64,000 nucleotides of DNA, from contig CAYSEI010000003.1 of assembly GCA_964430265.1 (NCBI GenBank), positions 65,070-129,069 of the forward strand, written 5' to 3'. The notes below the pieces were generated by a model that searched no databases, was not told the origin of the DNA, and worked only from the letters and a program-made list of their open reading frames with translations. A program made the position numbers and the translations under genes. Positions 8,500 through 17,611 of this stretch are shown here, piece after piece (the stretch's first letter is position 1; the number at the start of each line of letters is the position of its first letter). Origin of the DNA: an uncultured Pseudomonadales bacterium. GTDB taxonomy: Bacteria; Patescibacteriota; Microgenomatia; UBA1400; CAYXSR01.

Positions 8500-11400
8500 T
8501 TATTTTACCATTTGTACCACAAACAGTTTATCTTTATCCAACTGTTCTTGGTATGAAACTTTTCCTTTTTCTAACTTTCCACCAGGCGAAAGTTTACTAA
8601 CTTGAACATTTTTGGGGTACGAAATTTCCAATTTTACGGGAACATTATTTACTCCCGGCTGCTTTTGCCAGTAGAATTGATAGGTTGCTATATTTTTTTC
8701 AAATTTAATATCTTTTAACTGATATTTTATTTTTAAATATTTTTCATTGCCTACCGGTACATTTAACAAAAAGCCATAACCTTTATAAAAATATTCATTT
8801 GTAATATCAAATTCTTCTTCTGCAATTTTTTCTAGATCAATTGTTGAATTACCTATCCAGATTCCTTCAAGCTTTGCTAAAGAAGGGATAAATATGCGCA
8901 TATAGTTCTTATAGTCCCCTGCTGGCCAACTTTGTTTTTGCGCTTGGTTATTAAAAACAATATTTACTTGTTTTTCCACACTGTTATCCGCGTTTATTTT
9001 AATATTTTGATCAATATTTCTTTTAACATAAAAATTTGCTTTGTTAATTCCCATATTAGCTTCAACTAGCATAAGAAAATCTGAGTAAGTATTTTGCATA
9101 TTTTTTTTAACAATTGCCGAGTCTCTCACTGATCCACGCATTACCCCTGCCCAACCGTTTTCTATTACAGAATCTAAAACTTTTTTGTCTTCAAAGCTTA
9201 ATAAAAGATTCTTTGTTGTTAAGGAATTACTAACAGCTCTCACCATGTTTTTGGTTTTGGTTATATCTGCCATTTTAAATTCATCAAACAAAACAGCTGT
9301 CGTTTCCATAAGAAAATTTTTACTGTCTTCAGAGTTGGGTGTAGCTTGTATATATCCAATTGCCCTTTCATCTATATTGCTTCCGGTAATCTGCTGCCCA
9401 TAAAAGGACGGCATTATTGGACCTGATTCATATAAGATGTTTTTAAGTATTTGCCAATCCAAAGCTATTGTGCCATCCATTTTTTTACCCAATCCTTTTT
9501 CTACAAACCATTGGGCTTGCTCTGCATTTATACGAAAATCAGGACTCCAATTTGAATCTCTCAAATACCATGAGTCCTCTCCTAAATGTTCTTTTAGTTG
9601 CCTTGGAGGATCTATTTTACCGGAAATGTTTTTGTCAATTTTGTAAGTATCAAACAACTGGAAGTCCAAAAATTTTCCATTTTCAAAGGTTAATAAACCA
9701 ACTCCGCTTATATATCCACCACCAGGACGTATTTCCATATTATCTTGGAAAAGGACTAAATATACTTTTTTACCTTGATAAGCAAAAACTTTTGAGAGTT
9801 CATTTATAAATTTGCTTGATTTTTGTAATTGTAGTCTTTTTTGGGCAACGACTTTTTTATATTCAGATCCTTCATTAAATACCCAGGGCAGAAAATTCCT
9901 AATTACTTTTGTTTGGTATTCATCCTTTTTGCCCAAGCTGCTTTCAATCAGTCCTAACTGGTTATACAAATTTTCAATTCCTGTCTTAATATTGTCTGTA
10001 AGAGAAATTAAATCCCCCTGTTTATTATTAAATACAATTTCTTTATATTGAAATATTTCTTCAGCTAGTTCATTTTCATCTTTGTACAATTCGATATATG
10101 TTTTTGCATCAAGATAATATTTTGACAAGTCATTAATTATCTTCAAGTTGTTAATTGGAGTTAGATTACGTGAGATCGTAAACAAAATATTTTGTCCTCT
10201 TTGTATTTCAATATTTGCTTGACTTAAATTTGCGCTTATTTCCTCTTTATCCAATTTTAACTGCCCCTTCTTAATATTTTCAATTCTTTTTGCACTTTTA
10301 AACGAATAATAGCCCAGAATTAGAACAGGAGATAAAAGAATAGTTGTTGTTAAAATAAAGATTAATATAAACTTTAAGAATTTAAAGTGTGATTTTCTAA
10401 CCTTTCCTTGTTTTTTATTTATACTTGTATTTTCTTTTTTTTCATCTGTATTTTCTTCTTTTTTCTTTCCTTTTATTCTTTGCATATTTTTATTACTGTT
10501 GTTTATTGTAAAATCAGTACTCGATTCTTTAATTTGATTTGTTTTTTCTTTTTTTTCAAGTTTATTTTCACTTTTTAAAACCTGTTCTTTTGTTTGCTTT
10601 TCAATTGGTTCCTGTCCATTAATATAATTTTCCCTAATTGATCCCATTTCTTCTGAATCTTTATCTTTTTCTAGTTTTTTTTGTGCTTTGGGTTCTTGCG
10701 TATTTCTTTCTATAAAAGTTCCCACGTTCTGACTTGAATAATCTTCTATATTTTCTTTGTTTTGCTGTACGGTTTCTCCTTTTTTAACATCTTTTGTTAA
10801 AGATTCCTCGACCAATGGTTTTTCCTTGTCTAAACTATTATTAGTTATTGGTTGTCTTTGTTCCTCATGTTTTTTTTGAGCATCATTTGTTCTTACTTTT
10901 ACTTGATTAGTTTCTTGTCTTATTTTATCTTTGTTTTTTTCTGGAATTGTATTAAGATATTCTTTGTTTTTCCGTATCCAGTTAATTGTTTTAAGAAAAC
11001 CTGTTTCAATATCAATCTGTGGTTTCCAATTTAAAAGATGTTGAGAAACCAAAATGTCCTCTTCATCCGGGTTGCTGCCTGTTTCTGTTTTTTCTGCGTA
11101 TTCTATTTCCAATTCTTTTTCTTGGTGTAGATCTTGAATTTTTTTTGCTAATTCACTTAATGTGTACTTATTCAATGAGCCCAAAGTGTATATCTTCCCG
11201 CCGGAATCACTGGAAAACATAGCCTTTAAAAGACCTAAAACAAGATCCTGAATATAAATAGGGTAGACAACTTCTTTCCCTTTTCCCTTTATCAAAATTT
11301 TGTTTTCTGAAGCAATTTTAGAAAATAATCCCTTTGTTAAATCTCCACTGCCAAGATTCATTCCTGGTCCATAAACATCAAAAAGTCTAGCAATCCTTAC

Positions 11401-11949
11401 ATTAACACCGTAATTATTATAATATTGCATTGCTAAAGACTCAGAAAACCGCTTTGCCTCTCCCAAATTAAACATTTCTACCATCTCATTCCCAAAATAG
11501 CTGCTAAGCTCTCTTTTGGTTACTTGTCCTTGAAAAACAGCCAAAGAGGAACCTAATAATAATTTTGCTTTTTTTTCACGCACAAGCTCCAAAAGGTTGT
11601 ATGTTCCTAAAGAATTAACTAAAACAGTATCCAAACTATGAGATTTTTGTCCGTGAAGAAAGTCAAGTCCGGCTAAATGAAAAACGTAATCAAAAGAGGG
11701 AAGTGAAAGACTGTTTAAAGATGTTTTTACATCGTGCTCAATGAAGTTAAAGTTGCTTTTCGCCTGTAAATCACTAATATTATTTTTTGTTCCCGATGTT
11801 AAATTATCCAAACAAAAAACAATACAATTTTGGTCCAACAACAATCTGCACAAACTAGAACCAATAAATCCTGCTCCACCGACAATTAAAACTTTGGATT
11901 CCTGATTTTCAATTTTGGTTTCTTTTCGATATCTTTTCGTTTTTTGCAT
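8500..11949 (-). CDS. Fusion protein: N-terminal NAD-dependent sugar epimerase/dehydratase, low-complexity linker, TM helix, large extracytoplasmic domain of unknown function
   Basis: GGAGFIGSSL Rossmann motif and SDR-extended-fold features in the first ~330 aa; K/E/N-rich linker; TM helix (FLKFILIFILTTTILLSPVLILGYY); ~600-aa C-terminal domain. Confidence 0.7.
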   Translation of the reverse strand: MQKTKRYRKETKIENQESKVLIVGGAGFIGSSLCRLLLDQNCIVFCLDNLTSGTKNNISDLQAKSNFNFIEHDVKTSLNSLSLPSFDYVFHLAGLDFLHGQKSHSLDTVLVNSLGTYNLLELVREKKAKLLLGSSLAVFQGQVTKRELSSYFGNEMVEMFNLGEAKRFSESLAMQYYNNYGVNVRIARLFDVYGPGMNLGSGDLTKGLFSKIASENKILIKGKGKEVVYPIYIQDLVLGLLKAMFSSDSGGKIYTLGSLNKYTLSELAKKIQDLHQEKELEIEYAEKTETGSNPDEEDILVSQHLLNWKPQIDIETGFLKTINWIRKNKEYLNTIPEKNKDKIRQETNQVKVRTNDAQKKHEEQRQPITNNSLDKEKPLVEESLTKDVKKGETVQQNKENIEDYSSQNVGTFIERNTQEPKAQKKLEKDKDSEEMGSIRENYINGQEPIEKQTKEQVLKSENKLEKKEKTNQIKESSTDFTINNSNKNMQRIKGKKKEENTDEKKENTSINKKQGKVRKSHFKFLKFILIFILTTTILLSPVLILGYYSFKSAKRIENIKKGQLKLDKEEISANLSQANIEIQRGQNILFTISRNLTPINNLKIINDLSKYYLDAKTYIELYKDENELAEEIFQYKEIVFNNKQGDLISLTDNIKTGIENLYNQLGLIESSLGKKDEYQTKVIRNFLPWVFNEGSEYKKVVAQKRLQLQKSSKFINELSKVFAYQGKKVYLVLFQDNMEIRPGGGYISGVGLLTFENGKFLDFQLFDTYKIDKNISGKIDPPRQLKEHLGEDSWYLRDSNWSPDFRINAEQAQWFVEKGLGKKMDGTIALDWQILKNILYESGPIMPSFYGQQITGSNIDERAIGYIQATPNSEDSKNFLMETTAVLFDEFKMADITKTKNMVRAVSNSLTTKNLLLSFEDKKVLDSVIENGWAGVMRGSVRDSAIVKKNMQNTYSDFLMLVEANMGINKANFYVKRNIDQNIKINADNSVEKQVNIVFNNQAQKQSWPAGDYKNYMRIFIPSLAKLEGIWIGNSTIDLEKIAEEEFDITNEYFYKGYGFLLNVPVGNEKYLKIKYQLKDIKFEKNIATYQFYWQKQPGVNNVPVKLEISYPKNVQVSKLSPGGKLEKGKVSYQEQLDKDKLFVVQMVK

Positions 11950-12043
11950 TAGGGCAGTATTTTTTCTTAACCTTCATGTGACAATGCTTATTTTTGTCTT
12001 AATAACAATAAATATAGGCTTTAAAAAATAATACTTTAATTAT

Positions 12044-12469
12044 TTAAAGCTTCTCTTTTTCCAGATCTAACGCCTCATTTAGAAGGCTGTCTGCTTCCGT
12101 GTTTTTTTCTCTTCTCACATGATGATAATAAATGTCAAAATTTGCTTGTTTTTCTAACCTTTTTATCTTCATTACCAAGGTTTGCAAATGATTGCTTTTG
12201 ATTTTATATTCTCCGTTTAACTGTTTAACCACTAATTGTGAATCTATGTAAAAATCAACTCTTTGTGGTTTTGCTTGAAGTTTATCCAACCAATGCCAAG
12301 CTAATAAAACACCGTTGTATTCTGCAACATTATTGGTTGTTTTTCCCAAAAAAATGTTTTCCTGGCCAATCCTTTTATTGTTCTGCGACTTGGCTACAAA
12401 TGCAGCTGCTGCTGGACCCGGATTGCCTCTTGAACCGCCGTCACTGTATATGGAAATTTTCTTGTACAT
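12044..12469 (-). CDS. rnhA: Ribonuclease HI
   Basis: MYKKISIYSDGGSRGNPGPAAAAFV… and conserved DEDD-type catalytic residues; 141 aa. Confidence 0.85.
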   Translation of the reverse strand: MYKKISIYSDGGSRGNPGPAAAAFVAKSQNNKRIGQENIFLGKTTNNVAEYNGVLLAWHWLDKLQAKPQRVDFYIDSQLVVKQLNGEYKIKSNHLQTLVMKIKRLEKQANFDIYYHHVRREKNTEADSLLNEALDLEKEKL

Positions 12470-12472
12470 AAT

Positions 12473-12931
12473 TTATTTGGGCTCAACAATTAATCTCCGC
12501 TCGCCCTTTTCTCCTTCAGAACGGGTACTTACATTAGGATTGTCTGACAATGTGATATGAATAATTCTGCGTTCATATGGAGACAAATTTGCCAATACTA
12601 TTGGCCTGCCGCTCATTTCTACTTTGTGTGCTGTCTCTAATGCTTTTTCTGCAAGCCTTTTTTTTTGTTTTTCACGATAACCATCAACATCAAGAATGAT
12701 TTTTTGCCAATCTTCTGTTTCTTGATTTACTAAAAAGCGCAAAATTAATTGAAGAGAGTCTATTGTAACTCCGTGTCTTCCGATTAATAAGGCATTTTTT
12801 TCACCGCAGTTAATGCGCAAATGCCAATATTCATCTTTTTTTTCTAAATCAGCTTCCTGAATTTCAATACCTAATAAATTTAAAAGATTTTTTGTGTGTT
12901 TCTTAATTTTATTTTCAATCGTTTCCGCCAT
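12473..12931 (-). CDS. jag: Jag / KhpB-like R3H domain RNA-binding protein
   Basis: Located immediately downstream of yidC as in the canonical rnpA-yidC-jag cluster; KH/R3H-like sequence (…GEKGERRLIVEP). Confidence 0.65.
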   Translation of the reverse strand: MAETIENKIKKHTKNLLNLLGIEIQEADLEKKDEYWHLRINCGEKNALLIGRHGVTIDSLQLILRFLVNQETEDWQKIILDVDGYREKQKKRLAEKALETAHKVEMSGRPIVLANLSPYERRIIHITLSDNPNVSTRSEGEKGERRLIVEPK

Positions 12932-13730
12932 TTTTTCTTGCCTCCATAATTAATTGTTGAATAACCATTACCAAGGAAAATGACAGCCAGTAGAGAACCA
13001 GACCCGAGGGAAAATTCAAACCGACTAAAAGCGTCATTACCGGCATCATATATAACATTTGCTTTTGCATAGCTGCTGCCATATCATCTTCTGCTTCTTT
13101 TGTTTTTTTTGCTTCTTGTTCAGCAACAGTTGCTTGTCCCATCATTTTTTTGGAATATAAAAATTGAGAGATTGATGCACCAATTAGAATTGGTCCGGGC
13201 AAATACTCTTTCATCCAAACAAAAACCCCAGAATTGGGAAGATTAATTAAATCACTTAGCTTATCAGGCTTTGTAAGCTCCAAATACAAAAACTTGGTAT
13301 TTATGCTAGTATCTTTAACAAGTTTTAATGCAGGGTAGAGGATATCATTTAATTTGGAAACAACATCTCCATCAACCTGTAAAGTTTGTCTAAATGCTTG
13401 AAAAAGAGCAATTAAAAGAACAATTCTAACTATTTGTGGAAGACATCCGGAAACAGGATTTACTCCGTGCTTTTTATATAGTTCAAGCTGTGCTTGGGAA
13501 AATTTTTGCGGATTCTCTTTGTGCTTTTTTTTAAGTTTATCAAGTTCTGGTTTTAGTTCCTTCATTTTTTTAGAAGCTTTTAGCGCGGGTAAAGTCAAAG
13601 GTAAAAGAAGTAATCTTATAAATATTGTCATGGCAATAATTGCCAAACCCAAATTGTGACCCAATAGTTTATAAAAAAGAATAAGTCCATTTACAAGCGG
13701 CTGATAAAGTAAAGTAAACCAAATATTCAT
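12915..13730 (-). CDS. yidC: Membrane protein insertase YidC/Oxa1
   Basis: 271 aa polytopic; conserved synteny with yidD/rnpA/rpmH; hydrophobic core typical of short Gram-positive/CPR YidC. Confidence 0.85.
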   Translation of the reverse strand: MNIWFTLLYQPLVNGLILFYKLLGHNLGLAIIAMTIFIRLLLLPLTLPALKASKKMKELKPELDKLKKKHKENPQKFSQAQLELYKKHGVNPVSGCLPQIVRIVLLIALFQAFRQTLQVDGDVVSKLNDILYPALKLVKDTSINTKFLYLELTKPDKLSDLINLPNSGVFVWMKEYLPGPILIGASISQFLYSKKMMGQATVAEQEAKKTKEAEDDMAAAMQKQMLYMMPVMTLLVGLNFPSGLVLYWLSFSLVMVIQQLIMEARKNGGND

Positions 13731-13757
13731 ATTTACTATTTTAACAAATTTTACAAT

Positions 13758-13985
13758 TTAAGATACCGGATCTCTTCCCCCCTTGTTCCAAGGATTACAA
13801 CGAACAATCCGAAAAACACACTTAGGCACGCCTTTTATAATACCATATTGCTTAATTGCCTGCGCACAATAATTTGAACACGTGGGTTTAAAGCGGCAGG
13901 AATTATTCAAAAGACCAATTTTCAACAGTCTTTTTTTTATTTTCTGATATACATTAATTACAAAAAGCAGAAGGTTCCTAATCAT
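13758..13985 (-). CDS. yidD: Membrane protein insertion efficiency factor YidD
   Basis: 75 aa, …[10 protein letters not shown]…[11 protein letters not shown] signature of the YidD/hemolysin-like family; between rnpA and yidC. Confidence 0.85.
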   Translation of the reverse strand: MIRNLLLFVINVYQKIKKRLLKIGLLNNSCRFKPTCSNYCAQAIKQYGIIKGVPKCVFRIVRCNPWNKGGRDPVS

Positions 13986-14305
13986 TTAATTTTATTAACT
14001 AAACTATCAAAGCTTTCTTTAATTTGATTTTGTTTTTGCCCAATTATTTCTTTTTTTGCAAGAATTACTGCATTAATTTTTATTTCTTCTTTATCTAATT
14101 TCTTTCTTAGTGCTTCTCTAATTAATCTTTTTATTTTGTTTCTTTCAACTGCTTTTTTACTTACTTTTTTTGGGCAAATTATTGTAAATTTGGAATTTCC
14201 ATTTAATTCATAATAAATTTTTAAAAGAGATGATTCCTTTTTAGTTCCTTTTTTTAAAATATTGGGAATTTTACTTCCAGGAAGCCTGTTTTTCTTTGAA
14301 AGCAT
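13982..14305 (-). CDS. rnpA: Ribonuclease P protein component
   Basis: 107 aa basic protein immediately downstream of rpmH; KNRLPGSK… N-terminus typical of RnpA. Confidence 0.75.
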   Translation of the reverse strand: MLSKKNRLPGSKIPNILKKGTKKESSLLKIYYELNGNSKFTIICPKKVSKKAVERNKIKRLIREALRKKLDKEEIKINAVILAKKEIIGQKQNQIKESFDSLVNKIK

Positions 14306-14334
14306 TTGCCTCTTTTCTTTTTTAAAGTCAAAGG

Positions 14335-14484
14335 TTATTTGTGTTTTTTTACAGGAGTTAGTTTTTTCCTGCCTTTATTGCGGCGTCTTTTTAGGATTTT
14401 TTTCTTGCTTCCTTTTCTTCGGCTCCTAAATCCGTGTTTTTTTGCTCTCTTTTTTTTACTTGGTTGGTATGTTCTTTTTGGCAT
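14335..14484 (-). CDS. rpmH: 50S ribosomal protein L34
   Basis: MPKRTYQPSKKKRAKKHGFRSRR… matches L34; start trimmed to the internal Met (ATG at 14482-14484) of the 69-aa track ORF. Confidence 0.85.
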   Translation of the reverse strand: MPKRTYQPSKKKRAKKHGFRSRRKGSKKKILKRRRNKGRKKLTPVKKHK

Positions 14485-14545
14485 AGTATTAAGTAGTATA
14501 ACACAGCACAGGCCAATCTGTAAATAAACGAGTTTTATTAACAAT

Positions 14546-14689
14546 TGTGGATTACTATTCTCTATTTTATTATATGTTTGTAATTATTTGTCTATAATAG
14601 TTAATTTATAACAGAGAAAGATCAGGCAATACTTCTATATTCAAGTTTACAAAAATACACGCAACTAATACTTGACTAATTGTGGAAAA
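14546..14689. promoter_or_regulatory. DnaA-box-like 9-mers upstream of dnaA (dnaA promoter / left part of oriC)
   Basis: TGTGGATTA at 14546-14554 and TGTGGAAAA at 14681-14689 in the AT-rich rpmH-dnaA divergent intergenic region. Confidence 0.55.
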
Positions 14690-14754
14690 CTTTGTAGTTT
14701 AGAAGTAGTTATTTAATTTCTCCATTTTGTCCTCTGCCCAAAAAAGATAAACAC

Positions 14755-16140
14755 ATGGATAAACAAAAGCTTTGGAAATCGGTTTTAGAAGAACTACAAA
14801 TCTCTCTTTCTAAAGCTAGTTTTTCTGCTTGGTTTGCCCAAACTCAAATCTTGGATTTAAAAAACGGCGAAAAAAATTCACACCAAAAAATTGAAATTGG
14901 GGTACCAAACCCATTTGTAAAAGAAACAATTAAGAATAAGTACAATAATCAAATAAAAGAAATTTTGGATCGGATTACCAGAAAAAACAATCTCCTCAGT
15001 TTTACAATCAAAACTCACACCAAACAAGGAGAGAGTGATGAATTAGGTCCCCTTTTTAATAAAAAGAAAAAAACAGACAAAGAAAAAAAACACGATCCCA
15101 CAAAACGAGTAATTCAAAAATCAGGTTTAAAAGAGGATTATACTTTTAAAACTTTTGCCGTTTCTTCCACAAATGAAGCTGCTTATGCAGCTGCTGAAAG
15201 TGTTGCTAAAAATCCGGGAATGACATATCAGCTACTTTTTTTGTATGGCGGAGTAGGGGTAGGCAAAACACACTTAATGCATGCGATTGGACATCAAGTT
15301 ATTCAGGATGATCCCAAAACCAAGCTTGTTTACTGCACCGGAGAAGAATTTACCAATGAAATTATAGAAGCAATTCGAAAAAAAAGCACCTCAAACTTCA
15401 GAAGAAAATACCGGTCCGCAAAACTGTTATTAATTGACGACATCCAGTTTATTGGAGGGAAAGATGCAGTCCAAGAAGAATTTTTTCATACATTTAATAC
15501 TATTCACCGCGCAAAGGGTCAAATTATAATAACCAGCGACCGTGATCCTCACGAGATTAAAGGGCTTGAAGACCGTCTACGTTCACGCTTTGAAGGTGGT
15601 TTGGCAATTGATATTCAAAGACCAAACTTTGAACTCCGATCCGCTATTCTTTTAATTAAATCTAAACAAAGAAATATTCACCTGCCAATGGATGTTGCTC
15701 AATTAATTGCTGCCAATATTGAAAGCACCCGGGCCCTAGAAGGATTTTTAATGCGCTTAATAACTGAAGCCCAAAGACAAAACTCTCCAATTAATCCAGA
15801 AATGGCAAATGCCTTGCTAGGAAAAACAAAAAAAGAAAAAGCACAAAAAAAACACACTACTGCCAAGGATATAATGCGTCAAGTTTCCGACTTCTACGAC
15901 TTAAAAATAAAAGATCTCAAAGGAAAAAGAAGAAAAAAAGAGATTGTTGTTCCCAGACAAATTGCAATGTATTTATTGCGAACAGAAATGGGAGTTCCTT
16001 TTATGAAAATTGGAGATCTTTTTGGAGGAAGAGACCACACTACTGCAATGCACTCTGTGGAAAAAATAACCAATGAACTTTCTAACTCTGAGTCTTTAAG
16101 AGTAGACATTGCTGCTTTAAAGAAACAGTTATTCACATAA
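14755..16140 (+). CDS. dnaA: Chromosomal replication initiator protein DnaA
   Basis: AAA+ Walker A GGVGVGKTHL, Walker B LLLIDDIQF, sensor motifs, C-terminal DNA-binding domain (…GGRDHTTAMHS…). Confidence 0.95.
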   Translation: MDKQKLWKSVLEELQISLSKASFSAWFAQTQILDLKNGEKNSHQKIEIGVPNPFVKETIKNKYNNQIKEILDRITRKNNLLSFTIKTHTKQGESDELGPLFNKKKKTDKEKKHDPTKRVIQKSGLKEDYTFKTFAVSSTNEAAYAAAESVAKNPGMTYQLLFLYGGVGVGKTHLMHAIGHQVIQDDPKTKLVYCTGEEFTNEIIEAIRKKSTSNFRRKYRSAKLLLIDDIQFIGGKDAVQEEFFHTFNTIHRAKGQIIITSDRDPHEIKGLEDRLRSRFEGGLAIDIQRPNFELRSAILLIKSKQRNIHLPMDVAQLIAANIESTRALEGFLMRLITEAQRQNSPINPEMANALLGKTKKEKAQKKHTTAKDIMRQVSDFYDLKIKDLKGKRRKKEIVVPRQIAMYLLRTEMGVPFMKIGDLFGGRDHTTAMHSVEKITNELSNSESLRVDIAALKKQLFT

Positions 16141-16141
16141 A

Positions 16142-16480
16142 TGTGGAAAACTACGTGCATAAGTCCGTGGATAATTTTTCCAATTTTGTTAAAAAGTGGA
16201 TTTCTCTTTTTGGGTTTTCCACTTATCCAACTTTTTTAACAAGTTATTCCCATTTTATATCCACAAATCAATTAGATTAAATCCACACTAGTTGATTTAA
16301 AGTATGCCTGTATTTTCATTTTTTCCACGTTTCCACCGTGCCTATTACTACTACTACTGTATATTTACTATAAAGATAATACGAACGTTTTATATTTACG
16401 TATAAATTAAATAATTTTAATTGTTAAAAGTTTAATATTAAATAACCCCTAGCAAATAAACTTCAAAATTGTTAAAATAT
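16142..16480. promoter_or_regulatory. oriC: DnaA-box cluster plus AT-rich DNA-unwinding element between dnaA and dnaN
   Basis: At least 6 near-consensus TTATCCACA/TGTGGATAA 9-mers between 16142 and 16337 (16142, 16166, 16195, 16257, 16280, 16321), followed by ~120 bp of >80% AT (16360-16480). Confidence 0.75.
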
Positions 16481-16485
16481 AAAAG

Positions 16486-17607
16486 ATGAAAGTAAAAGTC
16501 CTTCAGGAAAATCTAGCTAATAGCTTATCAACAGTCAGCAGAGTTGTTGGCAGCGGAACAAATCTTCCGATTTTGGAAAATATACTTTTAAGTGCAGAAG
16601 AAAAAGGTCTAATTGTATCTGCTACTGATTTGGAAACAGGAATTAGTGTTAGGGTACCAGCAAAAGTTGAGCAAAAAGGAAAACTAACTTTACCAGCAAA
16701 AAAAATAACTCAATTTATAGCTTCCCTTCCAGCAGAAAATGTATCCTTGGAAAAAAAAGGGGAAAAACTTGAAGTTGAGTGTCAAAACTTTGAAGCTACT
16801 TTTAACGGAATATCGGCTGAAGAGTTTCCAGAGCTTCCAAGTTTAAAAAACAAAAAGAAGCTTGAAAACGTGGAAGTTTTTAAAATGGATTCAGCTGTTT
16901 TTATATCAGCTATAGAAAAAGTTGTTTTTGCAGCAGCAGTGGATGAAAGTCGTCCGGTTTTGAACGGTGTAAGAATATCAAGCGAGGAAAATGGACTGCA
17001 AATGGTTGCAACTGATGGATATCGTTTGAGCATTGAAACAATTAAGATGGAAGACAAAATACGCCTACCTGAACTTCTAGTTCCGGGAAAAGCCTTAAAA
17101 GAATTAATAAGAATTTTCCCCAGCGATAAAGAGTTTAAAATTGCCTTAACCAGTAGGGAAAATCAAGTTATTTTTGAATTTGAAGATATTGAAATTGTTA
17201 CTCGCTTAATTGAAGGAGAATTTCCTCAGTTTGAAAAAATTATTCCGGAAGAAGGAAAAACAAAGGTAGTTATTGATAAAGAACCTTTGGAAAGGGCAAT
17301 TCGTGCTACAGCAATTTTTGCAAGGGAAAGTGCCAATATTATGAAAATGGAGTCTGACGAACAAAAAATTTATATTAGTTCCAATGCAGCACAAGTTGGT
17401 AAAAACAAGATTGAAATTGAGGTTGAAAAAGAAGGTCCAGAATTTGAAATTGCTTTTAACTGGCGCTTTTTACAGGATTTTTTAAATATTATAGAAAGCG
17501 AAAAAGTGAATTTTGAATTTAGTGGATCCTTAAAACCGGGAATATTTCGCTCGCAAAAAGATAAAGATTTTCTTCATGTAATTATGCCTGTACGCATTCA
17601 GGACTAA
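16486..17607 (+). CDS. dnaN: DNA polymerase III beta sliding clamp
   Basis: 373 aa, three-domain beta-clamp pattern; position directly after dnaA/oriC. Confidence 0.9.
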   Translation: MKVKVLQENLANSLSTVSRVVGSGTNLPILENILLSAEEKGLIVSATDLETGISVRVPAKVEQKGKLTLPAKKITQFIASLPAENVSLEKKGEKLEVECQNFEATFNGISAEEFPELPSLKNKKKLENVEVFKMDSAVFISAIEKVVFAAAVDESRPVLNGVRISSEENGLQMVATDGYRLSIETIKMEDKIRLPELLVPGKALKELIRIFPSDKEFKIALTSRENQVIFEFEDIEIVTRLIEGEFPQFEKIIPEEGKTKVVIDKEPLERAIRATAIFARESANIMKMESDEQKIYISSNAAQVGKNKIEIEVEKEGPEFEIAFNWRFLQDFLNIIESEKVNFEFSGSLKPGIFRSQKDKDFLHVIMPVRIQD

Positions 17608-17611
17608 AAGA

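Noticed and set aside
14306-14527. 73-aa plus-strand ORF
   Set aside because: It is antisense to rpmH (ribosomal protein L34), a hydrophobic frame artefact of the basic L34 coding sequence.
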